A DNA stretch of 64,000 nt from Botryllus schlosseri (GCA_051294905.1 CM119371.1:37450001-37514000), one strand, 5' to 3'. Positions 26,651 through 40,985 are shown, counted from the first letter of the stretch. Numbers and translations: made by a program. The notes: generated by a model not told the origin, from the letters alone.

Positions 26651-28944
26651 TTGAAAGATGGCATCAAATGACTCAAGACAAGTGTACTGAAATATGTGTA
26701 TGTGTATGAAATTTACTGTGCGGGCGCATTTAACCAAGTTGTTGCAAGCGCCAATTACGAGTGTCAATAAACAAACAAACAAAAGTAATCCATTTTACAT
26801 GAACTGTTCAGGTAAAGGTGCCGTGGACGAAACCTGCACTTGAGTAAGAGAGTGCAAGAAATAGGAAAAGCGTATAGTGGTGAGCTTCGTCGCTATCTAA
26901 GCAGACGGTCCGCCTCGCCCCGCAGCGTTCTTCTGTTCTTACGGCGACAACAAAGCTAAGTTAAAAGACCCGATAAAGAAAGAAAAGAGCAAGAGATAGC
27001 GCGAAGAAAGACTAATATCGAAGAAGACAGTGACTGAGACATCTAAGTCTAAGATATCGTAAATGGTTGTTCGACATCCTCCTATCCGTTAATCACATCG
27101 CATTGTGTGTCATTGCATTGTACGTTTTTGTGTACGTCTTGGGCAAAGGAAATTATATTTATGACGAATATTGAAACCTACGCCAGTACTCCGTAACAGT
27201 GGAAGTGCTTCAATTATGACAGCCTCTTGTCGGAAACTAGAAAAATTTTTGGAGCGGAAGTACCTTTAGAATTTTCAGTTACAACAATCAGGATCAGTCT
27301 AATAATTTGATCATTTCAAAACGCCACGAGACTGCGATACAATGAAAAGATAGCAAGGTGTCGTAACGACTTGGAGTAGTCTTCGAAATCATGCACCCTC
27401 CTGCGCCTAGGCGACGTAAAGAAGAGGCATGCACACTGAATTGCAAGAAATATGGGATAACATAAACGAGTAGCGATGAAAATGAATGACGTGTGTATCG
27501 ATAGGTGAGGTCGATATGTCAGATCCACGCCCGGTAATCTTTAGGGATGACTTGTATTCGAATTATGGAGTCAACTTTCGAACCGATCATCCATCCTAAT
27601 TTCCTTTCAAGTAACAAGATCTCAACTATGTAGATAACAGTATCGAGGTGTCGATTTCTTGCGGCTACCACGCTGGCTTTTATCAAATATTTTTATCGGT
27701 CCGTACAATCATGACATTCGGCGTCGTCTATAATCAACGCGCTTATAACATAGGCACCTTGCGTAACATAAGATATCGAATATGATTACGCAAACACGAG
27801 AAAGCAAATTTGTAAGAAAGAGAGATGCGATTTTGTCCGAGTAGAGTACTCGGGATGCTTTTGGTGGTAATAATCGACCGTACTCCGCGTGATAACACGG
27901 TGTTACTTACATACAATTTGCAGAACTGCGTTCTCTATGTATGTGACACGCGAACGCAATTTAATTTGCCACGCATTGTATGCGAATTGCAACAAACCCA
28001 ATTCCTAAACGTATCAGGGGTGGCCAACCTGATTGGTCAATGAAGTCAAAGGGCCACATGCGGTTTAACGAACCATAACGCGGGTCACTTGCATATTGAT
28101 GACCTTTTACTTACAGGTGGATTAGGTAGCGGTGAACGCAAGACTGTCCACTCGCCAAAATCGCTAACATTTAAGCCCAATAGAATCAGTGGGCACGTGG
28201 CAATAATGTTTTAGCGGCCCGAACGCGAACATATATCCAGTTACCAAATGAATTTGGTCAATAATATCGGTGCTTGCATATATTGCAATGGTCCCGGGTC
28301 ACAATTGTACCACCGGGCTCGGATTGCTATTCATATTCGGCTCAGATGCATTTCGTATGGCGTATTTCGAGCCATTTCCGTCAGCATCTCGAGTCAAGTC
28401 AAGCCATTCAAAAAAATCGGAGCAACGGTTGTCAGTAACGCTATACCTCTACTTTTCCTGAGTACTCGAGTAGGCATTGCGTACTTGTTCTTCAAGGGGT
28501 TGTGATTTTAGTCTATTTGTACTTGTACTCAACATTTTGTACTAACGTGGAAATGACTACTTTCACTTGTAATTTATTAGGAATGATGACCTTACTTCTA
28601 CGTCTACATCAACGACGATTACACGGACCAGCTTCGAATAAGAGCTGAGTCATCTTAGCACTGTTGTCCCGTGATCTGTATGAATGTGTTATTATAGCGA
28701 TAGAAACTGTCAATCGTCTCCAATCGTATACTGTTGCATCCGTAGGTAATATTATACCGCCAGAGGCGTGAAACAACTCGTCGTATAACAAGTTACTAAT
28801 TCTAAAAACTTTTATTTGACACGAAATTATTGTTTGGATAGCGATCTTGATCGCAACACAATCGGCCAAAATCGAGCTCAAAGTTCGCTGCGACTGAGAC
28901 GAGCAAATTCCTACACGACGGTAAATCGAAGGTTGGGAATACTT

Positions 28945-29180
28945 TACTTGTTTGTGATATTCATGCTGTTTTTCGACATCAATGGTCATTTACGCCAGGA
29001 CTATATTCTTTATTGTGATTCCTTATCTGCCGACCTGTAGCACTGCCCACTCCTTGGCGATTTAAAACACCGCTTGCGCGGATCAGATAGCGGGGATGAG
29101 CCTAGATCACCAACACTAGGAAGGGGGCTCTGGAGTCGACCGCGGTCGGAATAGAACCCATAACCTATATTGTTGTTGCT
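28945..29180 (-). mobile_element. tRNA-derived SINE family A copy
   Basis: TTGTTTGTGATATTCATGCTGTTTTTCGAC...CCGACCTGTAGCACTGCCCACT...GAGCCTAG...GGAGTCGACC matches family A in reverse. Partial copies lie at about 16370-16437, 24715-24776, 32445-32610, 63210-63355 and 63890-64000. Confidence 0.75.
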
Positions 29181-32100
29181 TGATTAATGTGTAATTATTA
29201 TCAATGACAAATGAATGTACGCTGAATTTCCTTTCCAAGGACCTGATAATTGTTGATCAGTTGATCAGTTTTTTAGCTTCCGCTTATAAGGACTACAAAT
29301 AGGCTTTAGAAGAACAAAACTTGAACATTACAGCAAACAATATGTTACACAGCATTGTTCGATTCGTGCTGATGTGATCAAATCCCGATTGCTATTGCAT
29401 ACAGAGGTGATAAAAGTAGTCAGCGTCTTTACTCAAGTAGATGCGGAAGTAGCGATGTATATTTCGTATATTTCCACTCATGTACAAGTATAAGTAGCAA
29501 TTTCCAAGACATGACAAAGATAATGTAAAATTACACACATACCAACCCCACCAGCCGCCTATCAACGTATATTATGTAAAATATTGCTAAGGAATGACAA
29601 ATTTCTAACGTATTAAAATTCTTGACATCTGACGTACAAATCTGGATCACGAATCTGCACATGAACAGAATCCTGTAATCCTGAGCTTAATTTTTGGAAG
29701 AATCTTGGTTTTCAATATCAGTCGCCGTGAGTGATCTTAATGAGATAAACGGTCATGGACTGATGAATGTTTGTGGAATATTGTGCGACCAACTGCCGTT
29801 GATCCCTATACCCGTAAACGCCTTTCTTAGTTCGGTGTTCGCCAATTCATTACGAACAACATTTTGTCCACCCAAGCATCAATAGCATTATGTTTGCAAA
29901 GCGAAATCGAAATTTTCTGGGTGGTGACTCTAATTTCGTGGAATCACTTTTAAGCAGAGGTAGCATTCGACCTCTTGTCTTCTTTTTTAAAGTTTTCGTT
30001 AAATGTATGTGAAAATTGGATTGGGATATTGGAAATCAGCACTCAAATAACGGTCCGATGTATCTTCTGGAAGATGAGACGGAAAGAACACATTTTTTCT
30101 ATAGTCAACCAACGAAAAATCTCACGGCAAGTGGGTATTTCCGGAGTCGAGTCGTAACGACCATCTTTTTTGTAGTCAACCAACAAAAAACTCGAAACAT
30201 ATTCACCAATTTTCCGGATTTTACTCCGGTATTGTAAGTCTGAAAATTTTGAAATAGTGTCCTTGTCGGATTCCCAAAATATGGTAACCATATTTTTAGT
30301 ATAAGCTCAATTTATAAAACTCATAACATTAAAATCGCGCTGGAGGATATAGTATAACACTGGATAGATTTAAGTGATTCGCGCTATTTTAGTCAACGAG
30401 TATCATCGCGGAATACACGGGATAGGTTTATGTCACGTTTCCTAGAATGTTTAGTCGTATCAAATCTGGTACAGCGGAGTGAAATGAGATATGACGCAAT
30501 TGGACATTGAAACCGTGGTATTTTGCACATAACATCTCAAAGATAATATAATAGTTATATCATGTAGTCCAATACAACTTGAGAGAATGAACAACCCCGA
30601 CATAATTCGAATTACGCGGACATAAACAGCGAGCAGGCATTCAACATTCCGGAACACGAAGCAACGCGGCCTACGAGAGCGAGGGTTGATATCACTTTCG
30701 ACTTCAAGTTCATGAAGTGTCTCGAAGCGCTATTCTTGATGTATGTTGTTGGATTAAGTGAAGTCACGAGTAAGTTAAGGAATACAATAAGGATGTAATT
30801 GTAAATACATCAGAACGCTCGTGATTACCGCACTGTCATTCAATAACAACAGCGTGGGCAGTGACTAATCTACTCTTCATTTCCCGAGTAGGCCTACTCA
30901 AGCAGGTTATTGCATACTTATTCAATGACCTTAGATAATTTATAATTCTACGCAACAGTTTTCATATTTTAAGCAAAACTGGACTGGGAATAGTTACTTT
31001 TTATTTACTTGGAAATCGGTCTTACGAGTGGTACTTTACTCGAAATATACGATGAGTTATAAGTAGGGCTAAAATATTTTGGAATCGGGAAGGGAGGACA
31101 CATTTTCAAAATTTTCAGATTTACAATTGTGGGGTAGAATTTGGATACAATGGTTAATTTTTCACGACTTTGTGATTGGTTGACTGAGAAAAGGTCTACT
31201 TTCCGGCTAAACTCCGGAAATAAGGTTTTTCTTTCACGCTTCACACCTGTTGATTTAAAAAACGATGGTCACTTTCGTTCGGACCACGAATTTCCTATTT
31301 AGCGTCGTTCATGCCCATTTTTGGCTCTAAAAGCTGTAAAAGCGGACGAATTTCAAAAAGGTGAACACTTAGGCGTCGTCGGAGTACATTTTCAAAAACC
31401 TGAAAAAGCAGGACAAATCCTCCTAAAGGAGGACGTATGGTAACCGAATTATAAGGCTGGTAACCACGTCATTGGTCTGTTTAAGACAGTGGTCGGAAGC
31501 CCTTTTCGTCGAAGGAGCCATATTAACCAATATTCTCAGTTGTCAATGACAATCCATTGTGACGCCACAGTTAACGATTCATGACGTCATAGCTAGAATA
31601 AAAAATAATAAAAACAATAAAAACATGTCTTAAGCAAGCGCCATGTTTTAAACATGTTTGTTTTAAAGTGATTTTTGTTCTAAATGCAACCCTATGTGTG
31701 ACAGTGTTGTGATAGCGATACAAGTTTGTTTCCAGTCGTATGGTATCACATCTGCAGGTAATACTGGGCTATACCGCCAGAGGCGTGAAACAAGTATACT
31801 CGAATTGTAAGTTACTAATTCAAAAAGCTTGGTTTTAACACGAGATTATTGTTTAGATACCGATGTTGATGATGATACTATTGGCCGAGGTATGCTCGGA
31901 ATCGCGTGCTCGATTGCTGGTTTCAGCGCGCTAATCAGAAACTATATAATGTTCTGCGTACTTGGCTTCAAAATAACTCACTATTGGTGATCAATATTTC
32001 TCATTTTCACTCACGGACTCGACCCAGCAACACCGTGACCCGTGAATCTGCGAAACGTTGTTAAATTCAGAGCATCACGGTTGGATTTGATCAAAATTCT

Positions 32101-33986
32101 GTTAATGCTGAATGCAGAGGTGGCGATGTAATCACCATCGCTACTCGGACAGAGGTAAAAGTAGAAGTAAAGACTGTACACGATTTCAAATATAGAAGTA
32201 CCGACACCAGAACATTTAAACTCTAGCGGTTAATCGCGAGACTCTAATTACGAAATTGCATAATGCGACCTACGCAAACTACCAATCACGGACACTACAA
32301 ATAGGCGCAGTCTTCTAAAATATCAGTTACCGTGATATATGGTGCTGTAAAGCGAACCTCGAGTGGTCGTACGATATGCCAGCCGAAGAAGTTTCTAGCG
32401 GCTTGATTGTTTGATTGATTTTTTCGTGAGTTAATTATACCTATAGTTTGTTTGTTTGTTTTGGGGTATTTATGGGGTTTGTCGACTACTATGGTCATAT
32501 ATACCAGGCCGATATTCTTCTTATTTTCCGTAACTGCCAACTTATAGGACGGCCCACCTCTTTCGTAAGACAGCGCTGACGCGGATGAGGTGGCGAGGAG
32601 GAGCCTAGAAGCCTAGCCTACCTATAGTGTGTGTTGGTACATTAGGCTGCGCTTTGTAATCCAGTTCGTGTTTGAGCGCTCTGTTCGACAGGTATATTTC
32701 TTGGAGGAAGCTCCAAATTGAATGTTTTGGAAGACTAGAGCGGGATGAGACGGCATCGTATATTCAAACTCTGACGGTGTGAGGTGTTGGAGTAACTTAT
32801 CGCCTAAACATTGATTTATTCGTTTGCAAGGCGCTGATGTGTTTTGGAAATTTTGTTGATAATATTCAACATATGGAATATTTCACGTGGTTTTCATGAC
32901 AATTACACTTTTAAAAGCGATGCAAACACATATGACAAAATTTCGACTTTTCGAAATTCAAAGTGTAAAATACAGGTTGTTTTGCCGATGAACGATTCAG
33001 GTAGAAGTATGGAAGTAGTCTCAAATAAGTAATAGGAAAAGCTTACTCAAGTAGTCCGAATATTTATTTTCAATAACAACGAAATACTAATAATAACATC
33101 TCAAACTACATAGGCTAGATTACCGTATCGACGTATCTATTCCGTGCAACTATCACGTTAGCCATTATCAATACATTTGATCTCTTCGCAGAATCGTAAG
33201 ATTCTGCACCGTCTATAATTCACACGAGCAGAAAATGGGCGTATTGCCTAACGGAAAATATAGAACATGATTACATAAAAACGAGCGAGCAATTTTAAAG
33301 TTATGCGACATGCGATTGTTACAGCGTAGAGCACTCGGAATGTTATTGGTGGAAATAATCGAGAATACTCTGCGTCATATAACTGGGTGCAGGTTATACA
33401 AACAATTTGCAGCACCGTATTGTCTTTTTATATGACACGCGTACGCAATTTAATTTGTTATGTACGGGTTACAACAATCACAATGATTAAGTATATAGAT
33501 ATGATCTTGGATGTGGTCAAATTTTGTTTTGGAGGTAATCTTAGTCTACTTTTAAGCAGTTCGCTATAACACTTAACGTCGTTGTGACGGAGGATAAGTC
33601 AAAAGCATAGGACTTGATAATACGCCAGTTCTGAGTTATATGTTTTAAATTTATAGTTCCGATGAAAATTTGGTGTTTTATTTCTATCATCAAAGGAAAA
33701 GCGTTCAACCTCTCACATTGCGCAATTTAGAATAAAATCTAATAATATTTGATGGTTGAGATGTACTACTATAGGTTACGATAATGCCAACACCTAGGAA
33801 TACGGATCATTAGATATCATTGTATTTCTGAAAATATTTACAGATTTTTCGATGAAACATGATTCGACTCTCAGCCATCTCCAATAAGATTGGCCTCTAG
33901 AAAATAATTTCGTTTCCTAACATCGCAAAGTAAATGTCGGATAAATTCAAATCCCCGTTCGATAGTAAGCTCTCAACCGTCGCAAT

Positions 33987-34377
33987 TAGGGTTGCATTTA
34001 AAACATAAATCAATTCAAAACATGCTTCTTTATTGTTTTTTTTTTTGTTATTTTTAAAGCAATGACGTCACGTACATTGAAGTGTGACGTCATACTGGAT
34101 TGACGTTGACAACTGAAAATATGGGGTAAATATGCGTCCTTTGACGAAATATCTACGTAATATAGCTGATGAACCGACTTATTTGAAGGTTCCGACCATA
34201 CCATATCGCATACGTCGGCTATATCGGGTGGTAATTATGCAAGGGCTCGTACAACATGTTTTTTGGAAAGCATTTACCAAATTATGGCATAATTTTACAA
34301 CTTGAAAAAAACACAATTTTTGAAACATGTTTTAAACGAAGTGTTTTAAACAAGCATTCGTTTTAAATGGAACCCTA
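33987..34377. mobile_element. hAT MITE (TAGGGTTGCATT family)
   Basis: TIRs TAGGGTTGCATTTAAAAC and GTTTTAAATGGAACCCTA. TSD GTCGCAAT on both sides (right copy offset by TA). The paralogous site at about 47483 has a single GTCGCAAT, i.e. an empty site. Confidence 0.85.
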
Positions 34378-35482
34378 TAGTCGCAATTGCACGGTTAGTT
34401 AGAACAAGTCGGCGCTATAGTCGACGAAATCTTGGAAGGAATTCACTCAAAAAATATTTTCAGTGTCTCGCCTTCCGGGCGTATAACACTCGTAATGAAA
34501 TACCTTCTGTGACTTGTATCGGGTGTCACTAACTACTCGAAGTCGTGGTGTTAAGACTGGGCGCTACGAGAATAGTGTGTGGCTGTAGCATGCCCGTATC
34601 AACTACCGTTAATTCACCGGTTTCATCGCGGATAAGGAGTTGAATGATGTATAGATGTCAAATTTTAACGAATATCATCTTGGGTGTTCAATCACAGTTG
34701 TGTGGATTGTTACTATCTACTTCGTGAAGTTAGTACGTGATGCAGTTGTACATCGGTTACGGTTAAACGATTCTGTAGTAATGTTCCCGCCTTAATGCTG
34801 GTACCAGACTGGAATAACTAGATAGTTCATGTTGTTTATTTAGACCATTTTCAGTCTGTAATTTAATTGTCATTTAATTTGTGAAATGGTTCAATGCTCC
34901 CATTGAAATTCTAATCTAATTTGGGGTTTTCCTGAAAATGTTAACGTTACCAACCATGCTCGGTGTACTGACACTTGTCATGCTCATGCTTGCGAGAAGG
35001 AACCCGCATTTGATATGGACTGAATTTGATTTTCGTTGGATTTGATCTAATTCTGTATAAAATTCAATTTCCAAGTTTTCGCGAATTAAATCATTCTAAT
35101 TGTAATCAAAATTGAAATTGAGTTAAAAAATAAACTATGACCAGGGTTTGATAGCGGGCATGTATGAAGGCCCGAGTTCTGCGTGAAGGCGTGCGAATGC
35201 CGATGTGCCTCAGTTTGTTCACAAGTTGAAAGTCAAAAGCACAGGAAGTTGTCATGGAGCGTAATATTCACACCTCAGGCCTAGAATCCCGAAAGTTGAT
35301 GAGCCGTAGAATATTTTCGAGAGTAACGCGCATGAAAATGAAAAAGTAGATGAAATTTTATACGAAAACCCTACTGCAAAATGGTCGTAAACCTTCATCC
35401 ATCAAATTATCAAATGGCTTTCTTCGTAATCCACCTTCATGCTCATCTCAAATGACAACTGTTTTCAGCTCTGTAGGTTAAG

Positions 35483-36645
35483 ATGAAGATTTTCTTCGCC
35501 GTCTGTTTTCTCGCAGGTGAGATTGCGGTCAAATATATGTCGATCTGAAATTGAACCGCTTTATTTTCTCTCAGTCGCGAACCGGGCTTTTGGCACATCA
35601 GACGACGGCCAAACCGCCACCCGGCATGGAGTGGTAAGTTCATTGACGTCATCAGTGCAAGCCCGGGCTCCAACATCTGTTACATCACAGATCACGCCAC
35701 AAGGACAAGACCCAGACACACTTGGACAAGTCATAGGCTCACATTCTGTCACCCACCATCAATCCCAACCTGTCATACAATATCAACCCCCATCAATTCC
35801 ATACCGAGATTATCCAGTCCTGCCGATGGTTGACCCTAACCGCTATCCCCGCACTCCGACCAATAGCTTCATAGACACGTACATCAAGTACATGATTTAT
35901 ATGGAGCTGTTGAAACTGAGTGAGTTTATTTCGTGAAGTCAGTCGTTGTGCCAACTTTCCGGCCAAAACACTCTTGTTTTGTTGCAGTTCGTCCGACCAC
36001 GACCGTTGCGGCCACCGTATCGCCCACGACAGTCGTGAGTATATGTAGCTATGGTCGCTAACTAGTAGAGTTGTTAAGTTAGCAAGCTAAGTTAGTAAGC
36101 TACCAAGTAAAGCAATTTTATTTGCATGCAATCAGGACCCGTGTACTTCATGGAAAGAGGTTGATAGCTGCAGGTATTACGTCTTCTACGGAAAGATGAG
36201 TTGGAACGATGCCAAAGAGGCGTGCACTCAAAAGTGCAGTTCCAAACTCGCGTCGGAATCATCGGAGCTCCAAATGGATGGGGCGACAACAAGATCCACC
36301 TTCGAGTGAGTACTCGTCTCTGTTGCTGCACCAAAAGGCTGTGTGTACGATCGTGGCATTGTTGTTGGCAGAGAAATCATGGCGCTGTTTCCCGGAGTGC
36401 CTGCTGGATCGAACGTTTGGATCGGAGCTTCTGACGCGGACAGTTCGCACACCGTCCTCAATCCCATGTGGTTGGACATGACTCCTATCACGACTGATTT
36501 GACTTCTTACGACATAAACGCTGGAATCGCAAGTTGCAGATATTACGCACCAGCCAGCTCACCCTCAACCGGCATTCGGTACAACGTCTGCAGCACCACT
36601 TCGGCGGCAACGCCTTCTTATTACCTTTGTGAATTTTGTCCCTAA
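35483..36645 (+). CDS. Secreted protein with Pro/Thr-rich region and C-terminal C-type lectin-like domain (paralog 1, 270 aa, 6 exons)
   Basis: Exons 35483-35516, 35575-35633, 35691-35919, 35988-36034, 36136-36305 and 36372-36645, all GT-AG, 813 nt in frame. Signal-peptide-like MKIFFAVCFLAVANRAFG. CTLD motifs CRYYVFYGKMSWNDAKEAC, VWIGASD and YYLCEFCP. Confidence 0.88.
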
Positions 36646-37599
36646 TTATGTAATTGGACCAATCTTCGACACTACAACCGTACTCCCCACTTACCTTTGT
36701 GAATACTTTCTCTGTATGGTAATGTTACTCGACTAAAGGATTTGGTTCTCAAACTGGGGGAGCGCGTCCCCAGGGATGCGTGAGAGCATCTGGAGGGGGC
36801 GCGAAGCTGCGGTCAACTGATTTTTGTTTCTCGCTCCGCGTGATTTAACTCCGTTTTATTGTCATTACGCTATCTATATTCCGAATTTCATATTTGAGAA
36901 TTATGTCATCAACTGTCAATACCTTCCATCAAATTATCCGTTGGGAATGCCAGCATTCTGGTTTCTTTTCGTGATATGACGATAAGAGTAGTCTTCGAAA
37001 AGCTCAGATCAGATTAAGTAGTCTTTGCAGAAACTTGCATAATGTACATGGCTAACTCGGGAACTTCAACGCTCAATCAACAATGAAGCATCATGGGGTC
37101 AATAAATCATCTTATACCTGGCCCTAGTTTCCTTACTGCATTTCCCCCTTGGTAATAGCCCCTAGTCATGCAGCTGGTATTTCTAATGGGCCGAGGACTA
37201 GTCCGACACTAACCGTCTCATTATAGCTCATAGCAATAAAGGTATGAAATCCAAATTTCTAGTAATAACAATTTGCGATGCTTGGAGCAAGCAATGTAAT
37301 ATAAACGCAATACCAAAGAATCGCAGCAAAAAAGTGATAACGCGCCGTGACGATATCATATATCAATTCAGCTGGCTCGATTGCATGGCTTTCGCGTACT
37401 CAAGAATGATTGACAAAAATATAATCACACTACTCCAAACAGACCGAAGAATTTTGTCAAACCGTTCCCGAGATTACCGGACGACGGTCTGACATGTGAA
37501 CTTCGCTAACTGAGAAATGTCCCTCTATATTCATTGCTTTTGCCTAAAATGTGATGTTCTGCTACTTTTCATTCAGCGTACAAAATGCAGGTCTCTTAT

Positions 37600-37740
37600 T
37601 TACATTTCCAGATCGATATGACTGTTTGATAAAAGAGGACTCGAAGTCCTTTGCAGTCCTTCCTATCCGTTTGTATTAGTGCATCTTGTGGCGTTTTCGA
37701 ATCGATAAAGTTTATAGCAATAAACTGAACTGAACTGAAC
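37600..37740 (+). mobile_element. Probable 3' end of a CR1/L2-group LINE or derived SINE
   Basis: Hairpin AGGACTCGAAGTCCT, then AATAAA followed directly by (CTGAA)3. No ORF seen. Confidence 0.4.
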
Positions 37741-38449
37741 GTATATGATCATGGAACTGACAGTAATGAACAGTCGAAAATACGAAACTGAAAGATTTTC
37801 ACGAGTACGCTTGAGATTTGATTAAAAATGTATGAGCATCTATGAGGTGATTATAATGGATAGTATGTGGTAGGATCTTTGGCGGACGCACCAGAAACAT
37901 TAGGGGATCCCGTGTATTACAAAAACGATAAATAATCATGTGGCTGCGTAGTTGCTGGTTGGACTAAGTCACAGCCTTCGAGGTACAAGTCATTGCACAT
38001 TTTGAATCCGGTCACGTCAAGTCAAGACAGAATTGTAGTCAAATTGGATTGTAAAAGTATGTGGCATGATTTAAAATCAGTACTTTGTGTCAGTTGTAAG
38101 TCATTCTGAATCACGGAACGATATAAATATATAAGTGAACACGAAAAAGCGTTGGATCGCCCACGCAAAGACAGAACCGCTAATAAATACCGCGAGTAAC
38201 TACATAACCTCAGTCTGAAATTATTAGCCGGAATAGAGGATCAAACATGATACCCCGAGAAGTTGATGTAATGTAATGCACTATATATCTACACATCCAT
38301 GACGTACAATTTAAGCCTGCTGCTATGGACGAGTAATATAAGTTCATATCCTTTATTCGTTCGATTTGAATCATACAACAGGGTTCCGTAAGTTGAGCTG
38401 AGCAATCTTGGTAGACCAGAGATGAATTACTATCAAGATTCATTTACTA

Positions 38450-38556
38450 GGTAATTCTCTACTAGTTGCGGATGATTACCCCTAACGAGTGTCAGCCGAA
38501 AATATTCAGGTTCATTTCAGTATGATTACGCTGTTCAAGTATACCTCCAAGATGCT
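38450..38556 (+). mobile_element. Degenerate copy of the hammerhead-bearing Penelope-like family
   Basis: AATTCTCTACTAGTTGCGGATGATTACCCCTAACGAGTGTCAGCCGAAAATATTCAGGTT...TACCTCCAAGATGCT. The core CTGACGA is mutated to CTAACGA. Confidence 0.75.
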
Positions 38557-38603
38557 TTTCCAGTAATTAAATGGTAGTACGACACGTGAGGTTCCCTCTG
38601 TTA

Positions 38604-39914
38604 CAGTGGTTCCCAACCTTTTTGTCTTCATTCCCCACTTCAGATTTAATCCGAGCCTTTATTCCCCACTAGGCCCGTAACAGCACTTCGTCAGCCCCCC
38701 CAAAAAACCCTGGTCCTGGGCCCGCCACAGAGTGATAAACCAAACTTATCAGGTACATTGGGTCTACTGTTTAGTGCATCGCCTTATTTCGACTAAACGC
38801 GCGAAGCGCGAAAAATTTATGTAATTCATGTTTGAATCGGCCAATATGATTGGGATTGCATATATCTTGCTATCAATTTTTTAGCCCCTCTCTGCTCACG
38901 TAATCAGATTTACCGGTAGAGCTGAGTGAGGTGTATTGGAAAAGGTAAGACCCCTAAATAATAATTAAACATCTTCTGGCGGACCCGTTCGTATATTTTC
39001 CCTGCGGGATGGCACTTGTCGTGTGGGAATCAGATCGCCAGGACAGGAACATTCGGCGACAGTCGCCTATGGACAATTAAACATATATGTATTGTATACA
39101 TATGGAAGTTTTCGGTCACCACAAGGACATTCTTTCTCGGCCAAGCTCTTCTCGCTGCTGATCGTTCTGGCACACTTCTCGGAGTCGCATGTTGCGTGGT
39201 CTATAACTTCTTACGTCTTGGTGCGGCGATGCACAGTAATGGCCGACGCCGAAGTCTCCATTTCTATAAATCTACGTATTTTCGTGGGGGAAGGGTACCC
39301 AATAATCAATATATGCGGCAATATTAAATCGCACCCCAGCGCGAAAAAAATTTGAAAAAGTGGCATTAATTTCCCCCCAAAAAACTCTATAATTTATGTT
39401 AATTCACGAAATAACTTTGGGCCCCTTCGAGCTCGCCCGCCCCCCCCCCCAATTGGGGGATTTGTGGTGCGGCAGCTACGGTCCTGTTCCCCACTCCCCA
39501 ACACTTTTTTCATCACAGAGCAGCTATTTGCTGGTTTGACTACACAAGACACACAACCACACCAGTACGCGAGACCATCGCCTATAACTGCAGCATAATA
39601 CGTATTGTGAACCGATACCAGTAAAGGTCAAAATTTCGCAATAGTGGTATTTCACGTCAAACTAGTCGTGGTGGATGCGTTTGTGACGCCATCATTGGCC
39701 GTTCAGAGTTAAAAATGAGGTTTTGTGATCAACACGCAATATCATTTTCGATACATACATTTCAGAGCAGTTAACTGGTAACGGTAATTGCGCATGTGTC
39801 TCCGTAAATATGTAGACTGTCCTGTATATAATTTTGAGCAAATGCGTCTATTCCCCACAAGAAACCATTGAATTCCCCACCAGTGGGGAATTCCCCACCG
39901 TTTGGGAACCACTG
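38604..39914. mobile_element. hAT MITE containing a nested element
   Basis: TIRs CAGTGGTTCCCAA and TTGGGAACCACTG. TSD CTCTGTTA/CTCTATTA (7/8). Confidence 0.85.
38670..39486. mobile_element. Nested hAT-type non-autonomous element
   Basis: Imperfect TIRs TAGGCCCGTAACAGC and GCAGCTACGGTCCTG. Perfect 8-bp TSD TTCCCCAC at 38662-38669 and 39487-39494. Confidence 0.78.
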
Positions 39915-40780
39915 CTCTATTATCATTAGGGCGATTTTTTACTTGAAAAACCTAATATTATGCACTAAACAATGGAAATTTTGCTTTTTTTTACTTTAAA
40001 AACTGCAATTTTGACAACATGTTGCCAGCATATATGTAAATTAGGCTTTTTTTCGCAAATTATGTTAGAATTGCACTACTTTTCGTAATTTCTGATTGGA
40101 ACTCTGTGTCTTTACGAAGTAGCCTGGCCCCGAAAAACACTATTTGAATAAATAAAATCAAAATTTTACTTTAAAAAACTTTATTTTAACGATGTCTCAG
40201 ACGGCACTGGCCGTCCCCGGTTAGTGAGCAGCTGTCTTATCGTAAAGTTTAGTAGCTCGCACAAATGAATGTCTGCCGCTAGGAAGGCCTCAACCAACTT
40301 GCTCTTGAAGTCAGCCTTTGAACTTTTGCGTTGGTAGTATTCGATACTCTAAGCAGACGTTCATTTTTTACTGACGATTGGTGCCTTTCTACTCTAAAAC
40401 GCCTGTCACAGCTCAAGAATTGACTGCACGAGAATCAAAACAGTTTGGAATTTGGGTGCCTGCAAAACTCCTGCATAGAAATGGAAACTTATTTGTTTTG
40501 TGAGTATGACAATTTTGGCATTTCAAAAAGCAAAACCGAAGCAAGAACCGCACAATACCCACAATTGCCGTGAAATCAGTTTGAATGTTGCGGTAAGTTG
40601 AGCATAACACCTTATCCACTTATTAGTTTCATTTGACCGTTCATAATTCACATAGAGCAGAGAATGAGCCTTCTATAATGGCGGGCCTGTAAAATAGCCT
40701 ACAATCTGTAAAATTTGAACAGCTTCTTTGAGGTACAGAACTTCAATATACAATTGAATAGCATATTCATATTAAAATGA

Positions 40781-40824
40781 ACCCGAATATTTTCGGCTGA
40801 CACTCGTCAGGGGTAATCGTCAGC
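40781..40824 (-). ncRNA. Minimal type I hammerhead ribozyme motif (left arm)
   Basis: Exact reverse complement of 40942-40985. Confidence 0.68.
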
Positions 40825-40941
40825 AACTAGTAGAGAATTCGAAAGAACAGCGTATATCAACAATCGTAAATCATGCTGGTGACGTCATATTTTGTGTTAC
40901 GATTGTTGATATACGCTGTTCTTTCGAATTCTCTACTAGTT

Positions 40942-40985
40942 GCTGACGATTACCCCTGACGAGTGTCAGCCGAAAATATTCGGGT
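40942..40985 (+). ncRNA. Minimal type I hammerhead ribozyme motif (right arm)
   Basis: Stem I ACCC (40952-40955) with GGGT (40982-40985); core CTGACGA (40956-40962); G40963-C40971 closing loop TGTCAGC; GAAA (40972-40975); palindromic AATATT stem III; UUC triplet with predicted cleavage after 40981. Confidence 0.68.

Noticed and set aside
26805..27198. Possible LTR (TGTT...AACA followed by GTGG)
   Set aside because: No TSD, no second copy, and no recognisable PBS or gag ORF.
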